Shown here piece by piece: positions 63,029 through 64,000 of a DNA stretch of 64,000 bases. The notes under the pieces were generated by a model, which saw nothing but the letters and a program-made list of their open reading frames with translations, did no database searches and was not told where the DNA came from. The first letter of the stretch is position 1. The number at the start of each line of letters is the position of its first letter. This DNA is from the human T2T-CHM13v2.0 reference genome, Homo sapiens. The stretch lies in assembly GCF_009914755.1 (NCBI RefSeq), contig NC_060942.1; one strand, given 5' to 3'. The position numbers and the translations under genes were made by a program.

Positions 63029-63137
63029 AGACTGTCAAAGATGACTCCTCTCCAGAATTGGTAATAGTTCCATCATCACAAGAGTTCACCCTTGGCTTCC
63101 TTGGACTTGCCACATCATCATAACAGGAGCTTTAGAC

Positions 63138-63357
63138 CTGCACTATACAGTAGAACCTACTATGATAATGAAAATGTTGCCATTGGCACTGCCCAACATG
63201 ATGACCTATAGCCTCCTGTGGCTGTTAAGAACAAAAGTGTGACTGGTGTAAGTGAGAAACTAAATTTCCAGTTTTATTTATTAATTTTAATTTTATATAA
63301 TTAATCTTACTTTAAATAACTACATTTCACTAGTGGCTATGGTATTGAACAGTACAG
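63138..63357. mobile_element. MER3 hAT MITE
   Basis: ctgcactatacagtagaac...gataatgaaaatgtt...ctagtggctatggtattgaacagtacag. Confidence 0.7.
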
Positions 63358-64000
63358 CTATATAAGCCTATTCTTATCTCTCTCATTTACTAGAATTTGT
63401 TCTATTTTTCTATTAATTATGTTGTGGTCTGTCTTACCAACTGTGAACTCTTTGAGGCATCACTGATTGTCTTGGTACCTGGATACATGGCATAAGGAGA
63501 CATTCAAAAATGATTAACAAATTGAGTATAGTGTGTAACCAGGGTAGTGCAGTGGGCAAAGACTGAGGCCCTGTGTCAATGAAGAAAGTGATAGCCTTGG
63601 ATTGTAGAATACAACTACTAGGATAGGGCACCTAACCTGTTTGTGCCTCACTTTCCTCATCTATAAGACCATTTATATCCCACAAGATGCACTTATTAGG
63701 AATCATGGTACTACTTACAAAATTGGTCTAGAAGCTAAAGTTTCACCTTGGTATTAATTTTGACATTCTATCTTTCAAAACTAAGTTTAATGCCTTATCT
63801 TCCTACCCATGTCCCATATCAACTAGATCTTTAAGAAACAGAAATATACGTCTTTTAAGCAGAAAATACACAGAAAAAGTTCTAGAAAGTTTGTCTCTGC
63901 TCCTTGGCATGAAGGAAAGAAGGAAGAACTCCACTTCCTTCTATTATTCATTCATTCAGTTGGTCATTCAATAAATAATTATTGCACAAATTCCAAGTAT

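Overview
Primate (human-like) intergenic or intronic DNA, about 40% GC and dominated by transposable elements. I could not recognise any intact protein-coding exon, RNA gene or CRISPR array. Most long ORFs in the track come from HERV-H, L1, THE1, Alu or purine/pyrimidine microsatellites. Main elements: a 5.9-kb HERV-H provirus (LTR7-type LTRs, 12130-18038, TSD TTATA); a THE1 LTR-int-LTR element (about 9725-12050); an old L1 (22624-27923) inside a Charlie1a hAT transposon; an L1PB1-type element with an apparent ~700-bp 3' transduction (34677-38355); and many Alu, MIR, L2, L3, MaLR and MER fragments. The most notable signal is not in the ORF track. At about 4211-5285 (+), frameshifted fragments line up in order with about ten motifs of the bornavirus nucleoprotein, from an MPxK..RR start to a C-terminal helix and stop. 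This suggests a heavily eroded endogenous bornavirus-like N element (EBLN). The comparison was made by eye against a remembered BoDV-1 N sequence and needs a frameshift-aware search. Repeat subfamily names were also assigned by eye.
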